Positions 30,110-39,566 of a stretch of DNA of 64,000 nucleotides are shown piece after piece. The notes beneath the pieces were generated by a model. That model was not told the DNA's origin and ran no database searches. It saw only the letters and a list, made by a program, of their open reading frames with translations. Source of the DNA: Candidatus Multivorans sp. (lineage in GTDB: Bacteria; Acidobacteriota; Thermoanaerobaculia; Multivoradales; Multivoraceae); assembly GCA_965247095.1 (NCBI GenBank), contig OZ251997.1, forward strand, positions 4,448,001 through 4,512,000. The letters are read 5' to 3'. Made by a program: the position numbers and the translations under genes. Every line of letters begins with the position of its first letter. Within the stretch, counting starts at the first letter, position 1.

Positions 30110-30751
30110 TCAGGCGTCCTCGATGTCGACGCAGGGATCCCAACGTCCCGGCACGATCCGGTAGCCGAGTTCCGACTTCATGCCTGCCTCGGAGGTGTAG
30201 TACCCGAACAGGGTCAACCACTTGACGAGGTCGAAAAACGGTTGCTCCTGGAGCCGGTCCGGGTTGCGCGAGAAGGCGCGGCCAGAGCGTATGGCGATCG
30301 CTTCGTTCTGGGCTTCGGTCAGGAGTTGGTCCTTCTGCGTGTCGGAGAGATCGACGAAGCGGGTGGCGTCGGGATTGCCCTCGCGGGCACGGGCGTCGAA
30401 GCGGTCGAGCTCGGCAAGCAGGTGATTCCGCGCCGCGTCCGGCAGCCAGCCCGACAGCAGCCGGTCGACGAAGCCGGGGATCCCGGCGTCGCCGGCGCCC
30501 GGGGTGTCCGTCGTCGGCAGGATGCGCTCGGCGATCGCGTTCAGCGTGCCGGCCTGGTGCTCGGTGAGGACCGTGAGCGGCTGCGGCTCGCCGGCGTCGC
30601 CTTCCTGCCGGTGCAGATGCAGATGGGCGAGGTGGGCATTCGCGAACAGTTCCGCCGGCAGCAACGGCAGGGCGGCCGCGCCCCCGATTACCTGGAGGGC
30701 CCGGCGGCGGCCTATGGCGTTGGTGGGCTCTTCAGCCGGCGAGCGGGTCAT
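30110..30751 (-). CDS. gluconate 2-dehydrogenase subunit 3 family protein (Tat)
   Basis: IGRRRAL; ILPTTDTPGA; LTLFGYYTSEAG; upstream of the GMC gene. Confidence 0.88.
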   Translation of the reverse strand: MTRSPAEEPTNAIGRRRALQVIGGAAALPLLPAELFANAHLAHLHLHRQEGDAGEPQPLTVLTEHQAGTLNAIAERILPTTDTPGAGDAGIPGFVDRLLSGWLPDAARNHLLAELDRFDARAREGNPDATRFVDLSDTQKDQLLTEAQNEAIAIRSGRAFSRNPDRLQEQPFFDLVKWLTLFGYYTSEAGMKSELGYRIVPGRWDPCVDIEDA

Positions 30752-30784
30752 CGCGCAGCAGTTTAGCCGCGGTGCGCCGGAGTT

Positions 30785-30801
30785 GCGGGCGAGACGCCCG
30801 C
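30785..30801 (-). repeat. REP-like palindrome copy at the edge of the defence island
   Basis: GCGGGCG-AGA-CGCCCGC, the reverse complement of the hairpin at 49481-49497. Confidence 0.55.
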
Positions 30802-30883
30802 TCTTGCAGTTCGCGCTAGCTTGCGGATCGCTTGGCGTTGGCGCCGGTCGCGACATTTGGCCGGATACTGGTCGCCGACGAGG

Positions 30884-33232
30884 TCACGCCTTTCTGCCGG
30901 TTGTCGGACCGTAGACAAGGGGGTTGGGCGCGCCGGAATGGGACACCCATCGCGCCTCGCCTGAGTAGCCGTCAAACTGCCCGAGAATGGTGAGGTCGTT
31001 CTCGCCGACGATCAGAGTCAGGGCCGGCAGTCCATCGTTGCCCATCTCTTTGGCGAGGTTGTCGAGAGCTCGTCGATCGAGGCGACTCGGTGACGAGTCC
31101 CGCCCGACCGGGTGCGAGTGCCATTCTCCGACGTAGCCCAGCATCCCGTCAGTAGCGCGTTCATGGCTTCGTACTCTCCGAGAGAGATCTCGTGCTCCCC
31201 GGATGTACAGAGTTGGCCACTCGGTGCTGTCACTCGGAGAGGGAACTCGCGTGACCAGGTGAATTGTCAGGTGTTCCAAGTCGTGCGACCCGATCAGCAC
31301 GCCGCCTGTCTCGTTGGGAAGCTTCTCACACCGTGATCTGTGGAGTTCCTCGACCAGCTTGTCGTCAAGTGCGACCGTCCACTCGCCGAGGCGAAGCCGA
31401 GAGACTCTGGAAGGCACTACGTCCACCCTACGGACCGAGCCGCCCTGACCACATCGCCAGATTGTGATCGCGGCCTCAGATCCGAGTCCTCGAATCTCGG
31501 AACTGGCAATGGCGCCGTGCAGCGCAACACGGTCGTGTGGAAGCACAAACGACACGTCCCGACAGCCCTGACCGAATCTCAAGCGGTCCGCCTTCGCCTC
31601 GTAGTGACCGGCCAGTTGGTCGCTTTCAAAAAGTGCCCGATAGAACTGCACCTCGAGATCATGGAGCGTGAACTCGCGAGCTTCGTCCTCCGCGAGCATC
31701 ACAAGGTCGCTGCCGGCCGGATTGAGGTAGGCCGACACCCGTCGCCCCTCGGAGTCGGCGTGAGCCAAGTACCTGGCCACTGCTACCGAGGCGCTTAGAT
31801 CGAGAATGACGTCTGCGTGTCTTATGGCGTCCTGTACGTGTGCCCGGGTGTTCCTCTCCGTTGACAGCACATTCAGCGGGAGCGACTGGGTGGCCGGTTC
31901 CGTGGTGAAGAGCCCCGAGAGTTCTTCGGCAAGTGCCTGAGACTTCGGGTGGCCCACACGGGAACCGCCTAGGAGGTGCCGACTGAGATTGTGCGGCAGC
32001 AGTGTGTCGTTGTCCACCAACGTGAGAGGGCCAAGACCTGACCGCGCAAGGTTGTTCGCGACCTGCGAGCCAAGGGCACCCACCCCTACCACGAGCGTGC
32101 GGACCTCCTTCAACACGAATCCGTTCATCGCCGCTGCCATGCGTCGGTCGAAGTGGAGAAGCACCGGTAGGAGGGACACTGGGCAGTTCTGGCCACGGTT
32201 TGCGTTCGCTGGACCTTCCGCGGTCCCAATGATCGACGCGGCGTGTGAAACACCTTCGAACATCTGCGTCTCCCATGCGCCCACATCCTCTCCAACCTCA
32301 AGCGGTGTCTTGGCAGTGATGAGTGCAAACATGTCCGCCGCCTCTGGGACCGTGTCGTGGGCGTGACGCTTCTTCGGAATCCAGAGGATCAGGGCGAGTC
32401 GTGAGAAGAGCGCCTCAGAGTGCTCCGAAGCGTCCTTCCAAGCGCGCAGTCTTCGCCTCATCTCAGCCAGCAGGTCGAAATCGACGTCCTGCAACACAGA
32501 CGCGACGTCGGCGAGAGTCCGTGGCTGACGGCGTATGACTCCATGCTCAGCAGGAGCGGTGCGGATTGTAAACGCTAGAGTTCTTGCAGTGTCGAGCTTC
32601 GGTTGAGGATCCCCCGGCTCCCGCGCCGCCCTGGCGAGGTATGCGGTTGCGGCGGAGTCGGTGGCGCGAGTTACGGTCTCAATGCGTAGCGGTGCCGGAG
32701 CATCGCGGAGAAAGATGTCACGGGGAACAACAAGCGGTACGAATGGTCCAAGAAAGAACGGCTCAAGGGCCTGATCTTCCCGATGAAGGCTGCCGTGCGC
32801 CGCCCCTTCTAGCCAAGTTCGGAGGAGTTGTAGTAGCAGTCTGGTTGTCCATCGGCGTCGCAGTTCGTCGTATCGCATCTCAGTGATGCAAAGGCTGCGG
32901 GGCACCTCCACCTCTCGCAGATTCTGGTGTGACAGGCGTGGGAACGAAGGGCGAAGGGCGAGGATTTCTGGGATCCTGTCGTCGGCGCGAGAGAAGACGA
33001 CAGCGATACGCTCCGACTCCTGAATGCCGTACCGCGATCCGCCTTGAGGAATCGAGACCTCGGTGTCAAGCACGACAACCTCGGTGTGCTCGCTGCTGCG
33101 ACATTCGACCAGCTCGGAGTAGTGATCAGCCCCCTTCACCAGGTGCTCGACGAGAGCCCGGGCCTTGGTGCATGTCAGGGAAGAGGTCGGGACGGGTACG
33201 CCGGGAGCTTTGAGCCAAGTCGCCCCCGTCAT
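30884..33232 (-). CDS. prokaryotic E2 - ThiF/E1 - JAB fusion protein (Cap2/Cap3-related)
   Basis: E2: FPRLSHQN..SLCITE; E1: VGVGALGS, DNDTLLPHNLSRH, GQGCRDVS; JAB: NETGGVLIG, YVGEWHSHP..SPSRLD. Confidence 0.9.
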   Translation of the reverse strand: MTGATWLKAPGVPVPTSSLTCTKARALVEHLVKGADHYSELVECRSSEHTEVVVLDTEVSIPQGGSRYGIQESERIAVVFSRADDRIPEILALRPSFPRLSHQNLREVEVPRSLCITEMRYDELRRRWTTRLLLQLLRTWLEGAAHGSLHREDQALEPFFLGPFVPLVVPRDIFLRDAPAPLRIETVTRATDSAATAYLARAAREPGDPQPKLDTARTLAFTIRTAPAEHGVIRRQPRTLADVASVLQDVDFDLLAEMRRRLRAWKDASEHSEALFSRLALILWIPKKRHAHDTVPEAADMFALITAKTPLEVGEDVGAWETQMFEGVSHAASIIGTAEGPANANRGQNCPVSLLPVLLHFDRRMAAAMNGFVLKEVRTLVVGVGALGSQVANNLARSGLGPLTLVDNDTLLPHNLSRHLLGGSRVGHPKSQALAEELSGLFTTEPATQSLPLNVLSTERNTRAHVQDAIRHADVILDLSASVAVARYLAHADSEGRRVSAYLNPAGSDLVMLAEDEAREFTLHDLEVQFYRALFESDQLAGHYEAKADRLRFGQGCRDVSFVLPHDRVALHGAIASSEIRGLGSEAAITIWRCGQGGSVRRVDVVPSRVSRLRLGEWTVALDDKLVEELHRSRCEKLPNETGGVLIGSHDLEHLTIHLVTRVPSPSDSTEWPTLYIRGARDLSRRVRSHERATDGMLGYVGEWHSHPVGRDSSPSRLDRRALDNLAKEMGNDGLPALTLIVGENDLTILGQFDGYSGEARWVSHSGAPNPLVYGPTTGRKA

Positions 33233-34339
33233 CCGTGCCGCTCGCCTCGACTGCTGGCGATCGCCACGCTGGAGGCGATTGTCGCCTTCACTAGCGTAGG
33301 ACCTTGGTCACCGATCGAGATCACAAGGGGTTGTGGTCTCTTGGCTCTCGGCGGGGGGGCATCGTGACGTGGAAGTCACCGGAGTGACTCAGCACAGAGC
33401 GATAGTAGGCTGCTGCCTGACGGTGCGGAGGCTGATCGCTGTCGTTGGCGCCACCCGGCTTCGGAATGGGCCGGGATGAAGAGACGAGAATCCCCGGCCG
33501 GACCTGTCGGTCCCCATAGAGCCACTCGATTTCCTCATCTTGGGGAGTCGTCTTGTTCAGACCGCGATCCGGCCCGAGCGACTTGTAACTGCAGTGGTGC
33601 GGTACCTTGAGTACGTGCCAGCGGAGGCGATCGTGATTCCCGTGCTTCTCAGTCGCCGCTACGATGTCTCGAAGCGCCTCGTAGTCGGCGTCGGCGAGAA
33701 GGAGAACGTCGGTGGTTCGTGCGGCGACTCTGAAGCGTGCCTGGCACATGAAGCTGTTGGTGTTCCGATCCTCCAAGTCCTCGTCGATCTTGAAGGCGAA
33801 CGGTGAGTGGACGAAGATCTCTAGCCCGTCATCTTCAAGCGCAAAGTTGGGGGCGGTGCATCCAGCGTCTGTAATGAGGTGCTTACGGCTCGCCCAACCG
33901 ATACCTTGTTCCTCGCAGTACTTCTCCAACAACTTCGGCCGGCCGAAGATGCGGATCCCCTTCCCTTCCTTGAAACGATGCCTTGCCTCCGCCCGAAGCA
34001 CCCTAGCTTCCGCGGCTGATCCTGCCCCGAGTTCCTCAAGAAGCAGGCCTGCTGGTGCCCAGAGCTCCTCAATCCGCACGCGGTCTTCATCCTGGTACTT
34101 GGCTGCGTGCTCCAGGTAGAAGAAATCTGAGGCGCCTTTTGTAGTGGTCTTCGTCTAGGTGTGTGAACGCCACGATGTCGAAGTGGGCTCTGCCGGCTTC
34201 GTCGAGGTCTTGCCTTAACAACGTGGGAAGATCGCAGCGCCGGTCGTTGTCGTCGTCCGGGTCGCGGGTGGCCGCGTAGTCGATCAGCAGTTTGCGGCCA
34301 TCCTGCAAGTCGATCCGGCAGCAGTCAGCGTTGCCTAGA

Positions 34340-36306
34340 CCGAAGTTCTGAGCTTCAAGTCGTGAAATCGCCTGTAGTGGTGGGCGTTTTCAGTTGTTCG
34401 GCGGTGTCTTGTACTGGGTACGTCGACTTCAGGGGCGGATGCCGAGTAGTTTGAAGGCTTCGTTCTGGAGTGGAGTGGGCCGTGCGAGGACGTCGGCGGT
34501 GGAGTCGGCCTTGCCGTGCATCCGCACGCGGTTTCGGGTCAGCGTGGCCAGGTCGGCGAGCAAGGTCTGGAAGCTGTGGACGGGGAGTCCGTCGGGGGTC
34601 CTCCGGGAGTTGGCCTTGGTCATTGCCTCGTGCGACCTTCGCGCGGGATCGACGGGCGACTCGCGTTGGTCGTCGCGGCGTTGGTCGTCGAAGAGGAGGG
34701 GCGCCAGGGTCCGGCGCATGTGCCACTCGACGTAGTAGGCGAGCATGCAGAGGAAGACGTGGGCGCGTACCCTCGAGGCTAGGCGATGGTGGACGGGGCG
34801 CACTTTGAGGTCGACGCTCTTGTAGGAGCGGAAGGCGCGTTCGACGCGGCTGAGGCTCTTGTAGGCGCGGACCGCATCGGCTGCCGGCAGTTCGTCTTCG
34901 GGGACGTTGGTGCGGATGACGTAGAAGCCGTCGAGAGCGGCTTCCTCGGCGATGCGCGCCTCGTTGCGGCGGTATTGGAAGCCGTCCTCTTCGATCTCGA
35001 CCTCGAAGTGCTTGCCGACCTTGTAGGCGCCCAGGGCGCGGTCCGCGCGCACGGCGATGGCGTCCTTGCCGCGCAGGGGGTTCTTCTTGCGCCGCGTCGC
35101 CGCAACGACGGCGTCGAGCTTGCGCTCGGTGGATTCGAGAAGCTCCTGGCGCTTGCGGCCGCGTTCCTCCGCCAGAAGCGGGTTCCGGCACACCACGAGG
35201 CGCTCCTTGGGGTACAGCTCCGGGACGCTGATCTCGGCCATCTTCCGCTGGTCGAAGAGCGACAGTTGCAGGTGGCCTTCCTGGGCCAGCGTCCTGATCG
35301 CCGGCGCGCGCAGGGCGCTGATCCAGGACAGGCCCGCGGGGTCGAGGTCCTCGCGGATGCGCGCGTCGGTGATCAGGCCCCGGTCTGAGACCATCACGAT
35401 CCTCTCCAGCGAGAAGCGGTCGCGGAGCTTCTGCACCTGGGCGTTCAGGGTCGTCGGATCGGCCGTGTTGCCCTCGAATACCTCGACCGCGACCGGGCAT
35501 CCGTCCCGGCTGCAGAGCAGGCCGAAGACGATCTGGACCTTGCCTCTCTTCTTGTCCCTGGAGTAGCCGTGCCTGGCCAGCGTGCACTTCCTGCCCTCAA
35601 AGTAGACCGAGGTCACGTCGTAAAGCACCAGCGAGCCGTCTTCCAGATGCCGCCGGGCAAGAGTCCGCTCGATGCGCGGCTGTCTTTCGAGCAGCCAGTC
35701 CATGGCGCCGTAGAGTTCGTCGGCCGAGGCCTCCTGCACGCCGAGTTCCTCGCCGAGGGTGTGGCTCATGGTCTCGCTCGCGAGTCCGCGGGCGGTGGCG
35801 AGCTTGGATCGCGGCTCGAGGATGCGGGCCGCGATCATGGCCAGCGCCAGTGCCCGTTCGCGCGAGGGCCGTCGGTCGAGGAGTCGTTCGATGCCGAGGC
35901 TTCGGGCCACGCCGAGGACGGCGGCGACATGGCCGTGCGGTCTGGCGCGCAGGATTTCGAAGGCGGCCTCGAGCGAAGGCAGGGCGACTCCTCCCTTGAG
36001 CAGGGTTCTGAGTCCTTCGACGAGTTGGTCGGGCCACTTGGAGAGGTTGGCGAGAGTGCGTTTCTTGACCTTTCCGTCCTGTCGGTAGGACTCTCTCAGC
36101 AGGACGGCGGGTGGTGAGTTTCGGTTGGGTACCCGTTCGATGTACATGGCTTCTCATTGTAGACGCAACCATTCAGAATGTCTACATGCCACGAGATCCT
36201 TACATGGCTACCAATGGCAGAAAACAGGGGCGGCCCAACACCCGAAAACCCAAGCACTGCAACGCCTCTCGACGACGAGGAGGCCCCAGGAGCCTCAGAA
36301 CTTCGG
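34340..36306 (-). mobile_element. IS1634-family insertion sequence
   Basis: 13-bp perfect TIR CCGAAGTTCTGAG (34340-34352 / 36294-36306); CCTAGA direct repeats at 34334-34339 and 36307-36312. Confidence 0.92.
34429..36147 (-). CDS. IS1634 family DDE transposase
   Basis: MYIERVPNRNSPPAVLLRESYR, YDVTSVYFEG, GYSRD, VSDRGL, VERAFR, RVRAHVFLCMLAYYV. Confidence 0.93.
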   Translation of the reverse strand: MYIERVPNRNSPPAVLLRESYRQDGKVKKRTLANLSKWPDQLVEGLRTLLKGGVALPSLEAAFEILRARPHGHVAAVLGVARSLGIERLLDRRPSRERALALAMIAARILEPRSKLATARGLASETMSHTLGEELGVQEASADELYGAMDWLLERQPRIERTLARRHLEDGSLVLYDVTSVYFEGRKCTLARHGYSRDKKRGKVQIVFGLLCSRDGCPVAVEVFEGNTADPTTLNAQVQKLRDRFSLERIVMVSDRGLITDARIREDLDPAGLSWISALRAPAIRTLAQEGHLQLSLFDQRKMAEISVPELYPKERLVVCRNPLLAEERGRKRQELLESTERKLDAVVAATRRKKNPLRGKDAIAVRADRALGAYKVGKHFEVEIEEDGFQYRRNEARIAEEAALDGFYVIRTNVPEDELPAADAVRAYKSLSRVERAFRSYKSVDLKVRPVHHRLASRVRAHVFLCMLAYYVEWHMRRTLAPLLFDDQRRDDQRESPVDPARRSHEAMTKANSRRTPDGLPVHSFQTLLADLATLTRNRVRMHGKADSTADVLARPTPLQNEAFKLLGIRP

Positions 36307-36345
36307 CCTAGAGGGAAAAGGGTCAGTTTGTGCAAGCTATCTCCT

Positions 36346-37017
36346 TCATGAGGGTATGGTGGGAGTCGCCTCAGCGTATGAGGTGAGTACCTCCTTGGTG
36401 TAGTGGCGGAAGAACTTGAGGTAGCGATAGAGCATTCCGATTGCGAGCACCGAGCCGGATGGCACCCAGATCAGGAGGTCGGGTGCGGATGAGGGGCATC
36501 TGTAGCGTCCCAGAACGAGCACGAGAGTGGCAAGAGCCGAGGCCATCGAGATATTGCGGCAGAATCCGTAGCGGGAGAGAAAGATATTCAGCCTCTCGAG
36601 CGTGGCGCGTTGGTGTTTCACGATCGTGTGGCAGTGGAGGAAGAGGGCCCTCCCGCCCGTGGGTACGCCGTGGCTCGCTGCGCGTGCGCGAATTCGGTCC
36701 TGGGTCTCTTCGGGTAGCGCCTTGAAGGTGCCTGGAAAAAGCTTGGCTTTCCAGCTCGGAGCTTGCGTAGCGAGCAGGTGCTCTTCGGGCGACCCAAGGA
36801 ACTTCCGCAGGAAGAGTCTCTCGACGACAGCGCTCGCAATGTGGGCCACGATGTGGCCGACAACGTAGGCGAGGAGGGTCCACAGGATCGCATGGACCGG
36901 ACTGATGGCATCGTTGAGGAGCCAGCCCCCGCTGCAGGAGAAATCGAGTGCCGCGAGCAGTAGGAATCCGGCCGCTAGGTAGCCGAAGAAGTCGTAGATG
37001 CTGAAGGGCGTTTTCAC
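36346..37017 (-). CDS. membrane protein (2 TM - soluble - 2 TM), candidate effector
   Basis: Four hydrophobic segments; translationally coupled on both sides. Confidence 0.75.
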   Translation of the reverse strand: MKTPFSIYDFFGYLAAGFLLLAALDFSCSGGWLLNDAISPVHAILWTLLAYVVGHIVAHIASAVVERLFLRKFLGSPEEHLLATQAPSWKAKLFPGTFKALPEETQDRIRARAASHGVPTGGRALFLHCHTIVKHQRATLERLNIFLSRYGFCRNISMASALATLVLVLGRYRCPSSAPDLLIWVPSGSVLAIGMLYRYLKFFRHYTKEVLTSYAEATPTIPS

Positions 37018-37562
37018 CGGTGGACCTCCTCAGTGGGGGCTTTGGCTGAAGAAGGTCGTAGCCTCTCGCGAAAGGAGCGGAATGGCATCTTGAAGCGCTT
37101 CGTTTCCAGCTTGCCCTTGGCGGCGTCGGCCTCGTCGACCGTGATGAGGTTCGCTTGGATCGCTCGGATGAAGAGGTCCACAGTTCCGATGATCCGGTCT
37201 TCGCCGATTCGGGCGATGGCCTCGCGTCGGAACCGCCCCTTCTCGTCCGAAGCCACTGTCCAGCCGTTCTTTTCAGCGAGCACCAGGCAAGCTGCCTCAC
37301 CGCGGCCAAGGCGAGCGAGGAGCTTCGCGAATGTTCGGATGTCGCCTGGGTGTGTGATCGAAGCGGCGTCCAGAGCTCCGGCGGCCAGTGCTTCGTCGAG
37401 TTCAGCCCGCTGGCCCTTCCGGCTGATTTCCTGTCGCACGTGATCCGGAACCACGAATTCGAGGTTCGGGAGGTCGGCGCACAGGCTGAGCCGTCCGACG
37501 TGCATGAAGTTGATGAGGACGTTCGCGTCGGTGACAACGACGTGGGTGGTCGGTGCGTTCAT
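37014..37562 (-). CDS. PIN-domain protein (DUF3368-like)
   Basis: VVVTDANVLINF, VPDHVRQEI, LGRGEAACLVLA, VASDE, GTVDL. Confidence 0.85.
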   Translation of the reverse strand: MNAPTTHVVVTDANVLINFMHVGRLSLCADLPNLEFVVPDHVRQEISRKGQRAELDEALAAGALDAASITHPGDIRTFAKLLARLGRGEAACLVLAEKNGWTVASDEKGRFRREAIARIGEDRIIGTVDLFIRAIQANLITVDEADAAKGKLETKRFKMPFRSFRERLRPSSAKAPTEEVHR

Positions 37563-38827
37563 CTGTCGTGCGGGCCACCATCCGGGCCGTTCGCCAAGCC
37601 GCTGTTCTCGAGTAGCGCGGGGACGCAGTCGACGGAGATATCCAGCATCGCTGCGAGCTCTTCGAGCTTGCCGCGTGAGATTTCTTCTCGGCGGTACGCC
37701 TCTAGAGCGAGTCCGAGAACCCGAAGCTGGAAGCGCCAGCGGAGTTCCACATGATCTGGCGTTGGCAGTCCTAGATTTCTGGCGAGTTGCTTGCCGCGCC
37801 CGAGACCGTCGAGTTCCTTCAGCTCATCGAATTCCGGTTCCGAGATCATCTTGAGGTTGCGGAGCCGATAGAGGGCGGCGATTCGGCTCACACTGAAGTG
37901 GTGGGCGAGCCGGACGACGTCATACAACTGAATCGCTTGGCTTCCGGGTGCACTGCGGGCTTCTACCTCGACGCTCTCGGCCTCCTCCAGGACGTCGCTG
38001 AAGACCTCGCTGCGGATTCGGCTCGGCCAGCCTTTTCCTAGACCGGCAACGAACTGCTTGACGCCGTTTTCTGGAAGCAGGAAGCCGGCGGCGAAGGCGT
38101 TGGCGCGTACCTCGATGAGGTTGCGACGCTCCGAAGAGCGGCTTACCAGGCCGAAGCGGTCTCGGTCGGCAAGGGCGTGGGCGAACTCATGGGCGAAGGA
38201 GAATCGGCGGCGCAAGACGTGCTGGTCCCGGTTCGCCACTACGAAGATCCCCACTCTTGGGTGGTTCAGAGTCAGTCCCGATACGTCGGCCGGTAGGTCG
38301 ACAACGCCGGTGCGAATGCCTTGGGCTTCGAGCAGTTCGGCCAAGTCGGGGAGGGGCGCGTCGCCAAGGCCGAGGCGGCGGCGTTCTTCAGTTGCGAGAC
38401 GCTCTCCCTGCTGGATTGCCTTCCAGGGGCTGGTGGGGGGTGGAAGAGGGTACGAGGTCGTGGCAGCAGTTGCGACATCGATGCTGAGTAGCTCTTCCAG
38501 AGAGGTAATCTCCCGGCCTAGGGCGACGCAATCCCGGAGGGCGCCGGCCACCGATGGCTCGGTCGCCACGTCCGGCTCCGCGCGAAAGAGAGCTGCGAGT
38601 GGGTCGCTGGCCGCGAACTCTTGGGCTACGAACTCGCGAATGTCCCGGCCGAGCATGTGCGCCAGCGAGTCGAGTTCAATGCTCGAGACCGCACGATTGC
38701 CCGCCTCGATCTGCGCAACAGTTGGCCGGGACACGCCCAGGTCTTCTGCCACCTGCGCCTGCGTTAGAGCGCACGCTTGTCGCGCACTTCGAATCCGACA
38801 GCCGAGTTCTGCTTGGGTGATGGGCAT
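37559..38827 (-). CDS. XRE-family HTH plus ImmA/IrrE metallopeptidase fusion
   Basis: LTQAQVAEDLGVSRPTVAQIEAGNR; RRRFSFAHEFAH; EVRANAFAAGFLLP. Confidence 0.92.
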   Translation of the reverse strand: MPITQAELGCRIRSARQACALTQAQVAEDLGVSRPTVAQIEAGNRAVSSIELDSLAHMLGRDIREFVAQEFAASDPLAALFRAEPDVATEPSVAGALRDCVALGREITSLEELLSIDVATAATTSYPLPPPTSPWKAIQQGERLATEERRRLGLGDAPLPDLAELLEAQGIRTGVVDLPADVSGLTLNHPRVGIFVVANRDQHVLRRRFSFAHEFAHALADRDRFGLVSRSSERRNLIEVRANAFAAGFLLPENGVKQFVAGLGKGWPSRIRSEVFSDVLEEAESVEVEARSAPGSQAIQLYDVVRLAHHFSVSRIAALYRLRNLKMISEPEFDELKELDGLGRGKQLARNLGLPTPDHVELRWRFQLRVLGLALEAYRREEISRGKLEELAAMLDISVDCVPALLENSGLANGPDGGPHDR

Positions 38828-38874
38828 GATCTCTACCTCCGAGTCGCTTGGTGGCCCCGGTCGATGATGGCCGA

Positions 38875-38903
38875 AGGTTAGAAAATCGGACGCGACATGT
38901 CAA
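38875..38903 (-). promoter_or_regulatory. sigma70-type promoter of the five-gene operon
   Basis: TTGACA-N17-TAACCT on the minus strand about 50 bp upstream of a GGAGG-preceded ATG. Confidence 0.65.
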
Positions 38904-39055
38904 TCCAGGGGAAAGGTGTTCTGCGTGAGGGCCGGAAGCGTTAACGGTTCCGGCAGGCACACTAAGGGCTCGTCCGCATGGCCGACACGGGCAGGCGGGG
39001 GTCCTCGGTGTTGAGGCGTCGCTTCAACTCGCGACTTGCCGACGGCCGAGCTTCG

Positions 39056-39532
39056 TTAGCCCGCGGCCAGCCGCTTCTCGAAGCAGAGGCTGTGCGGATC
39101 GTAGGCGTACTCGTTGTAGCAGGGGATCTGGACGTAGCCGAAGGAGCGGTAGAGGTTGATCGCTGCCGGCTGCAGCTCGCCTGTCTCGAGGCGAAGCGAG
39201 CGGTAGCCGAAGGCTGCGGCGCGGGCTTCGAGTTCTTCGAGGATGCGCCGCCCCAGGGCCTGGCGACGGTACTCGGGGGCCACGTACATCCGCTTGATCT
39301 CGGCCTGGTCGGGGCCGAGGCGACGGAGCGCGCCGCATGCTATGGCCTCGCCGCCGGCAGTCAGGCCGAGGAGCAGGCAGCAGCCCGGCGCGTCCAGCTT
39401 GTCGGGCGCGACGCTGTAGATGCTGTCCGCGGGGTAGAGGTCTCCGAGTTCGCGGTCGAGCGCCTCGTGCAGGCGCACGAAGGCGGTACCTTTGGGGTCG
39501 CCCGGTTCGATCCGGACTTCGTCGGAGGTCAT
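39056..39532 (-). CDS. GNAT family N-acetyltransferase
   Basis: AEIKRMYVAPEYRRQALGR, LETGELQPAAINLY. Confidence 0.9.
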   Translation of the reverse strand: MTSDEVRIEPGDPKGTAFVRLHEALDRELGDLYPADSIYSVAPDKLDAPGCCLLLGLTAGGEAIACGALRRLGPDQAEIKRMYVAPEYRRQALGRRILEELEARAAAFGYRSLRLETGELQPAAINLYRSFGYVQIPCYNEYAYDPHSLCFEKRLAAG

Positions 39533-39566
39533 CTGGTCCTCGGTGCGGTGGGTTGGCGAGCCGCCG

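Larger units (their letters stand above)
33229..36335 (-). pseudogene. ComEC-like metallo-beta-lactamase, IS-interrupted and with two frameshifts
   Basis: TTG start with AAGGAG RBS: MHKLTLFPLG|NADCCRIDL; THLDEDH, LADAD, KVPHHCS; reconstructed about 377 aa ending SSRGERHG*, stop overlaps the E2-E1-JAB start (ATGA). Confidence 0.85.

Noticed and set aside
30884-38827. Calling the operon CBASS, Pycsar or Bil
   Set aside because: No CD-NTase, cyclase or beta-grasp ubiquitin-like gene is present.
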